Shown: piece after piece, positions 46,515 through 54,959 of the stretch
How positions within the stretch are numbered: the first letter of the stretch is position 1
How the letters are laid out: each line of letters begins with the position of its first letter
Origin: an uncultured Planctomycetota bacterium
GTDB taxonomy: Bacteria; Planctomycetota; JACOTG01; JAUIME01
Direction: 5' to 3'
NCBI GenBank assembly: GCA_964597885.1
Contig: CAZQZX010000001.1
Span: 9,849 to 73,848, forward strand
Length of the DNA: 64,000 nt
Notes under the pieces: model-generated
Seen by the model: only the letters and a program-made list of their open reading frames with translations
The model's database searches: none
Told to the model about the DNA's origin: nothing
Made by a program: the position numbers and the translations under genes

Positions 46515-47537
46515 CTAGATCGTGAGGAACGCGACCTTGAGCGGGGGGCGGTCGTCGAAGCTCGGAAAATCCGATTCGGGCGGGAGTACTTCGATCTCGC
46601 GGAGCGGGCGACCGGCTTTGACGGCGGCGCGTTCCAGGATGCCGAGCCAGTCTTCGAGCGTGACGCGCGGCGAGTGATTCGTGACGATCATCGCGCCTCC
46701 GGGCTCGGTGGCGAGTAGCGCCGGCTTGAAGACGCCCGGATAGTCGCGCACGACGTCGACCGCTCCGTAGGGACCGGTCGCCCAGCTCGGCGGATCGAGC
46801 ACGACGAGATCGAATGTCTGCGGCTCGATCGAGGGCCGCGGTCGCGGGCGGCGACGCCGGTCGGTCAGGGCAAGGCCCGCGAGCTGTCGCGCGGTCGGCA
46901 AGACGTCGTCCTGCCACGTCTCGAAAACCGACTCCACGCCGTTGCGACGAGCGTTCTCGCGGCCGATGGTGAGCGACGAAGAGGCGAAGTCGACGTTCAC
47001 GACCTTCTCGGCACCCCCGGCCGCTGCGGCGATGCCCACGCCGCACGTGTAGGCGAACAGGTTCAACACGCGCTTGCCCGCCGCTTCGGAGCGCACGCGT
47101 CGGCGTGCGACCCGCAGATCGAGGAAGAGCAGCGGATCGAGGCCTCGGTGGCGAGGCCGGACGTCGAACGCGAGCCCGATCTCGTGCCCGGTCGCCGGCT
47201 CGATCGGTTCGATCGCGTGCCAGTCGGAGAAGGACTCCCGAGGCCCCTTGCCGCGATGATTCCAGACGGCGTGCAGCTCGGCGCCGACGACGCGTCCGGC
47301 GATCCGGGCGAGGGAATCGAGCGCGTCCGGCGAGATGGGCTCCCGCCAGGTCTGCACCAGGAGGACGGGGCCGTAGCGGTCGATCGTCAGTCCTGGGCAG
47401 CCCTCGGCCGGGCCGTGAAGCAGCCGGTAGCAGTCGGTGCGCTCCGCGTGGAGCTCCTCGAGGAGGCTCGCCCGCGCCTCGAGTCCCTCCTGGAGGGCGC
47501 GCTCGAGGTCCGTCGGCGGAAGGGTCGCATCTGTCAT
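46515..47537 (-). CDS. Class I SAM-dependent RNA methyltransferase, RlmI/RlmK-like
   Basis: ATG at 47537 (MTDATLPPTDLERALQ). SAM motif I is VLNLFAYTCGVGIAAA and motif IV is DLVVLDPP. Confidence 0.65.
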   Translation of the reverse strand: MTDATLPPTDLERALQEGLEARASLLEELHAERTDCYRLLHGPAEGCPGLTIDRYGPVLLVQTWREPISPDALDSLARIAGRVVGAELHAVWNHRGKGPRESFSDWHAIEPIEPATGHEIGLAFDVRPRHRGLDPLLFLDLRVARRRVRSEAAGKRVLNLFAYTCGVGIAAAAGGAEKVVNVDFASSSLTIGRENARRNGVESVFETWQDDVLPTARQLAGLALTDRRRRPRPRPSIEPQTFDLVVLDPPSWATGPYGAVDVVRDYPGVFKPALLATEPGGAMIVTNHSPRVTLEDWLGILERAAVKAGRPLREIEVLPPESDFPSFDDRPPLKVAFLTI

Positions 47538-47629
47538 GAACTTGGGAGTTTCCTGGCGTGAAGTGCGGGGCGATCCGGCCGGCATTCTAGCAGCCGCGTG
47601 GGCCGGATCCGTCACCCGTTGGGGGGCGG

Positions 47630-47649
47630 GTGTCAACGATCGTTGACAC
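47630..47649. promoter_or_regulatory. Perfect 20-bp palindrome GTGTCAACGATCGTTGACAC, candidate dimeric regulator or enhancer-binding-protein site
   Basis: Exact reverse-complement symmetry. It lies in the 360-nt divergent intergenic region, about 110 bp upstream of a sigma-54-like -24/-12 element. Confidence 0.5.
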
Positions 47650-47755
47650 TCGTTACAGCGCAGTGACGAGCCCACCCGGCCGTGCCGGCCTCCGTCTGAT
47701 GTGCTGTGTGTCATAAGTGCTTTCATGTAAGTGTCTTGACTGGCTTTCAGGCCGT

Positions 47756-47771
47756 TGGCATCACGCTTGCA
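47756..47771 (+). promoter_or_regulatory. Putative sigma-54 (RpoN) promoter TGGCAT-cacgc-TTGCA
   Basis: GG and GC are at the canonical -24/-12 spacing (TGGCAC-N5-TTGCW consensus). It is about 125 nt upstream of the phosphatase gene start, and an AT-rich stretch (47700-47735) separates it from the upstream palindrome. Confidence 0.4.
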
Positions 47772-47897
47772 AACCAGTGGATTCGCCCAGGCGACGCGCG
47801 GGGCGAGTCGTTTCTGATCGGGAACGACGAATGACCGGCCAAGAAGGGACGCGGCCAAGTATCTGGCCAGGACGGTGAGAGCAAGGAAGGATTCGGG

Positions 47898-48962
47898 ATG
47901 GGAAGTGCCATGAAGAAGACGGCTCTCGGATTGATGGGCGCGCTGCTCCTCGTCGCCACCGCGATGGCGATCGCGGCGAAGTCGTCGAGCGTGGACACGG
48001 TGGTCGACCGAGCGGAGTCCGCCGGCGCGGCGGACGGCCAGGTGCCGGCCCCCCTGCTCCTCGACGAGTCGCCGTACGAGCTTGCCGGCAAGCTGGCCAT
48101 CGGTGAGGCCGTTCCCGAGAACCATCCCGAAGTCGAAAACGTGTTCCAGCTGAGCCCCAACATCGCCTCCGGCAGCGAGCCGCTCGGACGAGCCGGCCTC
48201 GAGCGAGTCGCGGCGATGGGCGTGAAGACGATCCTCTCGGTCGACGGGAAGACCCCGGACGCCGAGACCGCCGCCGAGCTCGGCATGCGCTACGTCCACA
48301 TCCCAATCCAGTACAAGACCATCACCGACGAACAGATCGAGCGCATGGCGAAGACGTTCCGCGAGCTCGACGGCCCGTTCTTCGTCCACTGCTTCCACGG
48401 TCGGCACCGTGGACCGGCGGCCGCCGCGATCGGACGCATCGTCGTCGATGGCGCCCCGCGAGAGCAGGCGATGGCCGAGATGCGGCAGTGGTGCGGAACC
48501 GCGCCGAACTACGAAGGTCTGTACGACACGGTGGCGTTCGCGCGGATTCCGAGCGCGAGCGAGTCGACCGCGCTCGAGTGGGACTTCCCGGCAGCGCATC
48601 CCTTCGAGGGCTTCCGTCACTCGATGGTGGAGATGGCCCGCGTTTCCGATCGCATCAAGGCATTCCAGCGCCGAGGATGGGCGATCGATCCGGAGCACCC
48701 GGACGTCGACCCGGTCAACGAGGCGGCGATCCTTCTCGGCCACTTCGTCGAATCGGGCAAGCTCGACTACGTGAAGGAGCAGCCGGAAGACTTCCAGAAG
48801 CGGTTCGCGCTCTCGCTCGAGGACGTCGAGCTGCTGCACGAGAAGCTCCAGTCGTGGAAGGCGGACGGCGGCGCCGGCGTGGCCGACCACTCGGAGCTCG
48901 ACGAGACCTTCACGCGGATCTGGCGTTCCTGCAAGGAATGCCACCAGGCCTACCGCAACTGA
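47898..48962 (+). CDS. Secreted protein-tyrosine/dual-specificity phosphatase-fold protein (CX5R P-loop) with a C-terminal helical domain
   Basis: ATG at 47898, 5 nt after AAGGAAGGA. Signal peptide MGSAMKKTALGLMGALLLVATAMA. The active site HCFHGRHRG has the C-x5-R spacing. Confidence 0.6.
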   Translation: MGSAMKKTALGLMGALLLVATAMAIAAKSSSVDTVVDRAESAGAADGQVPAPLLLDESPYELAGKLAIGEAVPENHPEVENVFQLSPNIASGSEPLGRAGLERVAAMGVKTILSVDGKTPDAETAAELGMRYVHIPIQYKTITDEQIERMAKTFRELDGPFFVHCFHGRHRGPAAAAIGRIVVDGAPREQAMAEMRQWCGTAPNYEGLYDTVAFARIPSASESTALEWDFPAAHPFEGFRHSMVEMARVSDRIKAFQRRGWAIDPEHPDVDPVNEAAILLGHFVESGKLDYVKEQPEDFQKRFALSLEDVELLHEKLQSWKADGGAGVADHSELDETFTRIWRSCKECHQAYRN

Positions 48963-49147
48963 CACCCCCGCTTTTTTGATCGGCGAACGGCTCCTGCGCA
49001 TCGCGTGAGCCGCCGATTCCCACAGGCGAGTCGCTTCGACCCCTACCCAACCTCACGGGGACCGCGTACACTACGCGATCCGACGCCGGGACGGTCCGAC
49101 GCCGACCGGTCCGGGCGCTGATCGAGTCCGCAATCCGAGGAATCACC

Positions 49148-49999
49148 ATGGGCAAGCGACGAACGACCATCCACGACCTCCGAACGATGAAAGAGGAGGG
49201 TCGCAAGATCGCGATGGTCACCAGCTACGACTACACCTCCGCCAAGATCCTGGACGAGGTCGGCGTACCGATGCTGCTGGTGGGCGATTCCCTCGGCATG
49301 GTGGTGCTCGGCCACGACTCGACGCTGCGCGTGACGCTCGACATGATGATCCACCACTGCGGAGCGGTGGCTCGCGCGGCGCACAAGGCGATGATCGTGA
49401 TCGACCTGCCGTTCGCGACCTACTCGGCGTCCGACCTGCCGCTCTCCCTTCGCACCGCCAAGCGCGCGATCGCCGAGGGCGGGGCGCAGGCCGTCAAGAT
49501 CGAGGGCGGTCGCCGCATGGGTCCGGTCGTTGGAACGCTGGTCGCATCCGGTATCCCCGTGATGGGACACATCGGTCTCACGCCCCAGTCGATCCACATG
49601 ATCGGAGGCTTCCGGGTGCAGGGACGCGGCGACGAGGCCGCCGAGCGGTTGATGCTCGCCGCCAAGGCGCTCGAGAAGGCGGGCGCGTTCGCCATCGTGC
49701 TCGAGCTCGTGCCGGCGCCGCTCGCGAAGAAGATCTCGGAGAGCCTCAGCATCCCGACGATCGGGATCGGTGCCGGCCCGCACTGCGACGGCCAGGTGCA
49801 GGTGTTCCACGACATCATGGGAATGTACGAGGACTTCCTGCCGAAGCACGCGAAGCGTTACGCCAACGTCGCGCAGGTGATCCGGGACAGCGCGCGCTCC
49901 TTCGTCGAGGATGTCGCGAACGAGAAGTTCCCCGGCGAGGAAAACTCGTTCGACCTCGACACGATCATCCAGGAGAGCGGTCCGAAGACCGAGTCCTAG
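49148..49999 (+). CDS. panB: 3-methyl-2-oxobutanoate hydroxymethyltransferase (ketopantoate hydroxymethyltransferase)
   Basis: KIAMVTSYDYTSAKILDEVGVPMLLVGDSLGMVVLGHDST, AVKIEGG and GHIGLTPQS are canonical PanB blocks. Confidence 0.85.
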   Translation: MGKRRTTIHDLRTMKEEGRKIAMVTSYDYTSAKILDEVGVPMLLVGDSLGMVVLGHDSTLRVTLDMMIHHCGAVARAAHKAMIVIDLPFATYSASDLPLSLRTAKRAIAEGGAQAVKIEGGRRMGPVVGTLVASGIPVMGHIGLTPQSIHMIGGFRVQGRGDEAAERLMLAAKALEKAGAFAIVLELVPAPLAKKISESLSIPTIGIGAGPHCDGQVQVFHDIMGMYEDFLPKHAKRYANVAQVIRDSARSFVEDVANEKFPGEENSFDLDTIIQESGPKTES

Positions 50000-50033
50000 G
50001 AAGCGTGTCGGAATTGCGTCGTGATGCGAGCGA

Positions 50034-52307
50034 TCAACCCGTCGAGTAGCGGGGCGGGAGCCACGACCAGCCGCTGGTGCCGCCGCCCGTCTTCATGTCG
50101 ATCACTTCGCGCGAGGCCTGCGCCACGTCCCGATCGGTGAGCACCGTCGCGTCCTCGAGGACGTGCGACTGCGCGATGCCGGGAACGTTCTTCTGACCGA
50201 TCGCTCGCGTCGGGAGCCCCGGGAATCGATCCACCGCGGCGCCCTGGATCGCGCGGACGAAGCCGGCGAACGGACGGTCCTCGGCGGCGACGACCAGGCG
50301 CTTGGTGCGCGTCAGGCTCTCGAACACGGTGTCGAGATCGGGCGGAACCAGCGTTCGCAGGTCGATGACCTCGGCCGAAATCCCCTTGGCCTCGAGGGCC
50401 TTCGCCGCTTCCATCGAAGTCCACACCGCGCGGCCCCAGGCGACGATCGTGACGTCGCTACCCGGCCGACGGATCGCGGCTCGCTGGAACGGTACTCGCA
50501 CGCTCGGATCGATCTCGGGGATCTCGCCTCGCGTGACGCGCTTTTTCAGCGCGTTGATCGCGTCCTTCTCGGTGGGCTCGCCCGGGAATGCCGGACCGAG
50601 CGCCATTCGGTACATCCACTTCGGCTCGAGGAAGACGACCGGCCCGCGGTACTCGGCCGCCGTCATCAGCAGGCCGTACACGTCGAAGCTCGTCGACGGC
50701 ATCACCAGGACGAGCCCGGGGATGGCCGAGAAATAGCCGTCGAGGCTCATCGAGTGGTACATCGCGCCACCGCCGAACGGATCGGTCGGCATGCGAACGA
50801 TCGTCGCGTACGTCTGCTGGCCGTTGGTCGCCCAGTAGAGGTTGCCCATGTGCACCAGCCAGTGCACGGTGTTGAGCGAGTAGTCGCCGAACTGGATCTC
50901 CGGCATCGAGACGATCGAATCGTGAAGACCGGCGCCGCATCCCGTTCCGACGGCCATCGGCTCGTTGAGCGGCGTGTCGAGGATGCGATCGGGATGCTTG
51001 GCCTTCAGGCCGGCGGTCGCGGTCATGACGCCGCCGAGATCGCCGACGTCCTGGCCCCACAAGAGGCCGCCGTGGTTCGTCACGATATTGTCCACGGCCG
51101 CGCGAATCGCGCCCGCGTAGGTGATGACCGTCTGTCCTTCGCCCCACTTCTCTTCGACGGCGGGGAAGGGACGGTAGATGTGATCGAGGACGGAATCGAC
51201 GGGTGGATCGGGCTCGGCCCGGACCTGGTCGATCGTCTGCTTCACCATGTCGATCTCGACCTGCATGATCGATCCCGGCTCGTGGTGCGCGAAGAAATCT
51301 CGGCCTTCGCCGGGCACGCGCTTGAGGATCTCGCTCTCCTCGAGGTGGCCGAGCTCGACGAGCTTCTGGCCGAACGAGACGAGCGGGTCGTCCTGCGAGA
51401 GGTCGAAAGTGACGTCGGCCGCCGAGCTGTGGCCGTTGAAGCGCGGCAGGTCGCGCACGTGCATGAGCGCCGGCTTCTGCTCTTCGGTGATGTAGCGCGC
51501 GGCTTCGAGGGTCGTCTGGAACGTATCCCAGAAGTCGCGGCCGTCGCACTGGAAGTGGCGCACGCCGAACCCACCGGCGTACGACTCGAAGTTCTTGATG
51601 CCACGCCCGTCGTCGGGGTTCGTGCTGATGGCGACGCCGTTGTCGGTGACGAGCACGAGGAGCGGGAGGCTCCACACGCTCGCGGCGTTCATGGCGTCGT
51701 GCATGTCGCCCTCGGCCGTGGTGCCGTCGCCGACGATGCCGATCGCCATGCCCTTCTCGACGCCGACGTATCGGTAGCCCATCGCATAGCCGGCCGCCTT
51801 GCCGAGCTGCATGCCGACGGGGCTCTGCACGGGCAGGATGCCCATGTCCGGCAGATGGAGGTGATAGACCATCTGCCGACCGCGGCTCATCGCGTCGGTG
51901 TCCTTGGAGAACTGCTGGCGCAGTACCGAGAGCGTGAACTCGTTCCAGCCGTTCAGCTCGCACCACATCGAGCACAGGCAGCCCGACCGGTAGTGCGGGA
52001 CCAGCCCGAATCGCGAGGGGTCGACCACCTTCGAGAGCGCGAGCGCCGTCGCCGATCCGTGGACCTCTTCACCCGGTCCCCAGATGGCGAACTTCACCTC
52101 GCCCTTGCTGACGAGCCGGACGATGTACTCTTCGGTGGCGCGCGATCGAACCGCGACGCGGTACGCGTGGAGCAGCTCTTCCTTCGTGGGCTGTAGACCG
52201 GTCGAGGCGGCCTTCGAGCTCTTGGCGGTCGCCTTGCTCTTCGACGGGGAGCTCTTCGTCGAACGCGTGGTCTTCGAGGTACGGGAAGCGGTCTTCGGTC
52301 GTGCCAT
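50034..52307 (-). CDS. 2-oxoacid dehydrogenase E1 component, fused alpha+beta subunits, with a basic low-complexity N-terminal tail
   Basis: The TPP-binding region is GIVGDGTTAEGDMHDAMNAASVW. The beta-subunit transketolase-like C-terminal half is GWGRAVWTSMEAAKALEAKGISAEVIDLRTLVP. The N-terminal 45 aa are MARPKTASRTSKTTRSTKSSPSKSKATAKSSKAAS. Confidence 0.8.
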   Translation of the reverse strand: MARPKTASRTSKTTRSTKSSPSKSKATAKSSKAASTGLQPTKEELLHAYRVAVRSRATEEYIVRLVSKGEVKFAIWGPGEEVHGSATALALSKVVDPSRFGLVPHYRSGCLCSMWCELNGWNEFTLSVLRQQFSKDTDAMSRGRQMVYHLHLPDMGILPVQSPVGMQLGKAAGYAMGYRYVGVEKGMAIGIVGDGTTAEGDMHDAMNAASVWSLPLLVLVTDNGVAISTNPDDGRGIKNFESYAGGFGVRHFQCDGRDFWDTFQTTLEAARYITEEQKPALMHVRDLPRFNGHSSAADVTFDLSQDDPLVSFGQKLVELGHLEESEILKRVPGEGRDFFAHHEPGSIMQVEIDMVKQTIDQVRAEPDPPVDSVLDHIYRPFPAVEEKWGEGQTVITYAGAIRAAVDNIVTNHGGLLWGQDVGDLGGVMTATAGLKAKHPDRILDTPLNEPMAVGTGCGAGLHDSIVSMPEIQFGDYSLNTVHWLVHMGNLYWATNGQQTYATIVRMPTDPFGGGAMYHSMSLDGYFSAIPGLVLVMPSTSFDVYGLLMTAAEYRGPVVFLEPKWMYRMALGPAFPGEPTEKDAINALKKRVTRGEIPEIDPSVRVPFQRAAIRRPGSDVTIVAWGRAVWTSMEAAKALEAKGISAEVIDLRTLVPPDLDTVFESLTRTKRLVVAAEDRPFAGFVRAIQGAAVDRFPGLPTRAIGQKNVPGIAQSHVLEDATVLTDRDVAQASREVIDMKTGGGTSGWSWLPPRYSTG

Positions 52308-52432
52308 GGAATCCCTCGAACGGGTCTAGAATGTGGGGTGAGACGGGGGACCAGCCTAACTTTTCGGCCGTTTTCGGACAATCCTCCGGCCCGTAAGCAG
52401 TCGAGAGGGCAAGCGTTTGCGGGGACGAGGGG

Positions 52433-53866
52433 TCAGCGCGGCTCGTCGTTGTCGAGGAGTTGCTCGGGCACCGGCACGACGCGCGTCAGGTCGTCGTCGA
52501 TCACCAGGATGCCGACGAGCTTTCCGTCGCTTCGGGCCAGCACCGCCGCGCCGTTCCAGTCCCGGCCGACGGAGACGGAGTCGTCGAGCACCCAGATCCC
52601 GTCCTTCTCGACGAGGCGATCCGCGGCGAGGGGAACGACGTCGGCGTTCGGGTCGCCGCACAGGACGCAGTCCTCGACCTCTTCGAACCCCCGGATGCGC
52701 TGGACCGACCACAGCCGAATCTCGTCGAGAAGCTCGAGCTGCGCGAGCGCCAGGCCGTTCTCGGTCCAGATCGGTTCGGTGAGCGGCACCATCTCACCCG
52801 CGATCTCGAGGACGACGGACTCCTCGCGCGCTCGTTCGCTCGGTTCGAGCAGATCGAGCGGGATCAGGACGCCGCGCTCGGTAGGCAGGATCCATCCCTG
52901 TCGGGATCGCGCGCCGGCGAAGATGCGCCCCTGCTTCCAGGCAAGTTTCGCTCGCACGTTGCGGGGCAGCGAGGCGCCGGGTGGCAGGAGCGTGCTGCCG
53001 ACGGCCACGAGCGGTTCCCATCGCAGCCACTCCGACTGCGCGGCCGGCGCGAGCGTGAAACGATGTCCGGTGCGCACCGGCTCGCCGGCCCGATCCTGCG
53101 GCGGCGTCGCGATGCCCACCCCGCCCTTGAGGAGCGTGGGCAGAGAATCGATATCGAGCTCGACGCCGCTGATGCCGAGCTCGGCCTTCACGCCTCCGAC
53201 GCGCCAGAAGCGCGAGTTCTGCCGGATGAGTGGCGCATACCTCGACTCGATGTGCAGGCGTGCTTCCACGGCGCCGCCGTCGCTCGTGAGCCCGACACTC
53301 GTGATGACCCCGACGTCGATCCCGCGGAACATGACAGGTCCGCCGGGGAGCAGGTTGCCCTGGCGCGGCGTCCGCACGAGTACCTCGAGGTCGTCCGGGT
53401 CGACCTCTTCGACGATGGGCGCCTCCTCGAGCCCGACGAATTGCCGGATTCGGCGTCCCTCGCCTGGAAGAACCGCGAGGTAATGCGGCCCCATCAGTGT
53501 CTCGAGCCCCTCGATGCCCTCGAGGCGGATCTCGGGCCGGACGACCCAGAAGCGGGCTCCGCGACGGGCGATGCGATCGCCCTGCTTCGTCAGGTTCACC
53601 ACGAGCCGCACCGACTGCAGGCTGTCGAGCAGCTCGACGGTGCGAACGCGTCCGACGTCGATGCCTCGATAGCGCACGGCGTCGCCCGACTTGATGCCGC
53701 GACCCTCCTGCAGGACGACGGTGACCCGCACGCCCCGCATGCTGACCGATCGATACGCGAGGAAGCCGGCGAGGGCCACCGCGATGACGGGGATGATCCA
53801 GGCGATCGAAACGCGCCGTCTCGGCTCGGCGAGGGCCACGGGGATCTCGGGGCGGGGTTCGCTCAC
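52433..53866 (-). CDS. PqiB/MlaD-family protein with multiple MCE domains
   Basis: GTG at 53866 with GAGGAG 8 nt upstream, overlapping the pqiA stop (GTGA). N-terminal TM (IAWIIPVIAVALAGFLAY). Repeated MCE blocks (GIKSGDAVRYRGIDVGRV, GGPVMFRGIDVGVITSV). Confidence 0.7.
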   Translation of the reverse strand: MSEPRPEIPVALAEPRRRVSIAWIIPVIAVALAGFLAYRSVSMRGVRVTVVLQEGRGIKSGDAVRYRGIDVGRVRTVELLDSLQSVRLVVNLTKQGDRIARRGARFWVVRPEIRLEGIEGLETLMGPHYLAVLPGEGRRIRQFVGLEEAPIVEEVDPDDLEVLVRTPRQGNLLPGGPVMFRGIDVGVITSVGLTSDGGAVEARLHIESRYAPLIRQNSRFWRVGGVKAELGISGVELDIDSLPTLLKGGVGIATPPQDRAGEPVRTGHRFTLAPAAQSEWLRWEPLVAVGSTLLPPGASLPRNVRAKLAWKQGRIFAGARSRQGWILPTERGVLIPLDLLEPSERAREESVVLEIAGEMVPLTEPIWTENGLALAQLELLDEIRLWSVQRIRGFEEVEDCVLCGDPNADVVPLAADRLVEKDGIWVLDDSVSVGRDWNGAAVLARSDGKLVGILVIDDDLTRVVPVPEQLLDNDEPR

Positions 53867-54498
53867 GTCGGCTGCTCCTCGGAGTCCCAAAGGCTGTGCG
53901 GATCGAAGAAGGCCGTCGCGAGGAGGCTCAGGATGACGACGCTCGCGAACGCCAGCGCGCCCGATCCCGGTTTCACCTCGACGAGATCGCCGAGCTTGAG
54001 GACCGCGACGAGGACCGCGACGACGAGGACGTCGAGCATGCCCCAGCGACCGGTCCATTCGACGAGGCGATAGGTCACCGCGCGATGGTGTCCCGCGAGG
54101 TCGAATACACGCGAGGTCAGGGTGAGGATCGCCAGGAGCTTGCCGAGAGGAATGACGACGGAGCAGAGCAGCACGATGGTCGCGACCGCGACGTCTCCGT
54201 GTGCGTAGAGGCTCGCGACGCCGTCGATGACGCTCGTGTCTCGCAGGTAGCCGTACTGCTCGACGCGCAGCATCGGTAGCCCGATGCCGAACGGGTACAG
54301 GATCAGCGCGGCGGTGGCGAAGGCGGACGCCCGCGAATCGGAGCGGATCGACTTACGCCGGTCGGGCAGGGGGGTCCGGCACCGTGCACATCGGAAGCGG
54401 TGGTCCGGACGCAGATCGGGGAGCTCCTGCAGCAGTCCGCAGCACGAGCAGGCCTCGAGCACGCCGGTCGCGCCGCCCTGACCGATCGAATCTTGCAT
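53863..54498 (-). CDS. PqiA-family inner-membrane protein (single PqiA repeat, N-terminal Cys4 ribbon)
   Basis: CSCCGLL...CARC zinc-ribbon, then hydrophobic PqiA-domain helices. 211 aa, about half the size of two-repeat E. coli PqiA. Confidence 0.65.
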   Translation of the reverse strand: MQDSIGQGGATGVLEACSCCGLLQELPDLRPDHRFRCARCRTPLPDRRKSIRSDSRASAFATAALILYPFGIGLPMLRVEQYGYLRDTSVIDGVASLYAHGDVAVATIVLLCSVVIPLGKLLAILTLTSRVFDLAGHHRAVTYRLVEWTGRWGMLDVLVVAVLVAVLKLGDLVEVKPGSGALAFASVVILSLLATAFFDPHSLWDSEEQPT

Positions 54499-54959
54499 AC
54501 GCTTCTCTCACGCCGACCCGGATACCCGAAAGATCCATGGTATCGCATGGCCGCGAGCGAGGAAAGCCGCGCGAGCGAGAGGGGTTGCGGTCACCCTCGA
54601 CCCCGGGGAGGGTCGAGGGCGAGGCCGCCTCTGCGGGGCTTGCCGCGCCCGTTCCGCCAGCCGTGACCGTGGCCGATCTCGTTTAGGAAGGAAGTCGTCC
54701 GGCCGTCCGCGCGTTGTTTGGATCGCGTCGGTACGTTTTCACGGTCCGGACGGCGTCGGAGCACGACGAAGCCCGGCGAGGACCAGGGAAGCACGCACCG
54801 TGCCGAACCGAACGGTGCTTCGACGGGCTTCGTCGCAGATGATTGCGGCAACGGTAGTTCGGCGCGTCGAGGAACGCTCGTCGAGAACCGCGCCCGGCGG
54901 AGGTCGCGGACTTCGCGTCCGCGAGTGCAACCTTTCGTGACACCGGGTACACTGCCGGG

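Noticed and set aside
47631-47648. TTGACA hexamers inside the 20-bp palindrome as a sigma-70 -35 element
   Set aside because: No acceptable -10 hexamer at a 16-18-nt spacing on either strand. The symmetry points to a protein-binding operator or UAS rather than a promoter.
48963-49147. T-run (CCCCCGCTTTTTTG) downstream of the phosphatase gene as an intrinsic terminator
   Set aside because: No convincing GC stem immediately precedes the T-run. Only a weak 7-bp stem with a 25-nt loop lies nearby, so I did not list it as a feature.
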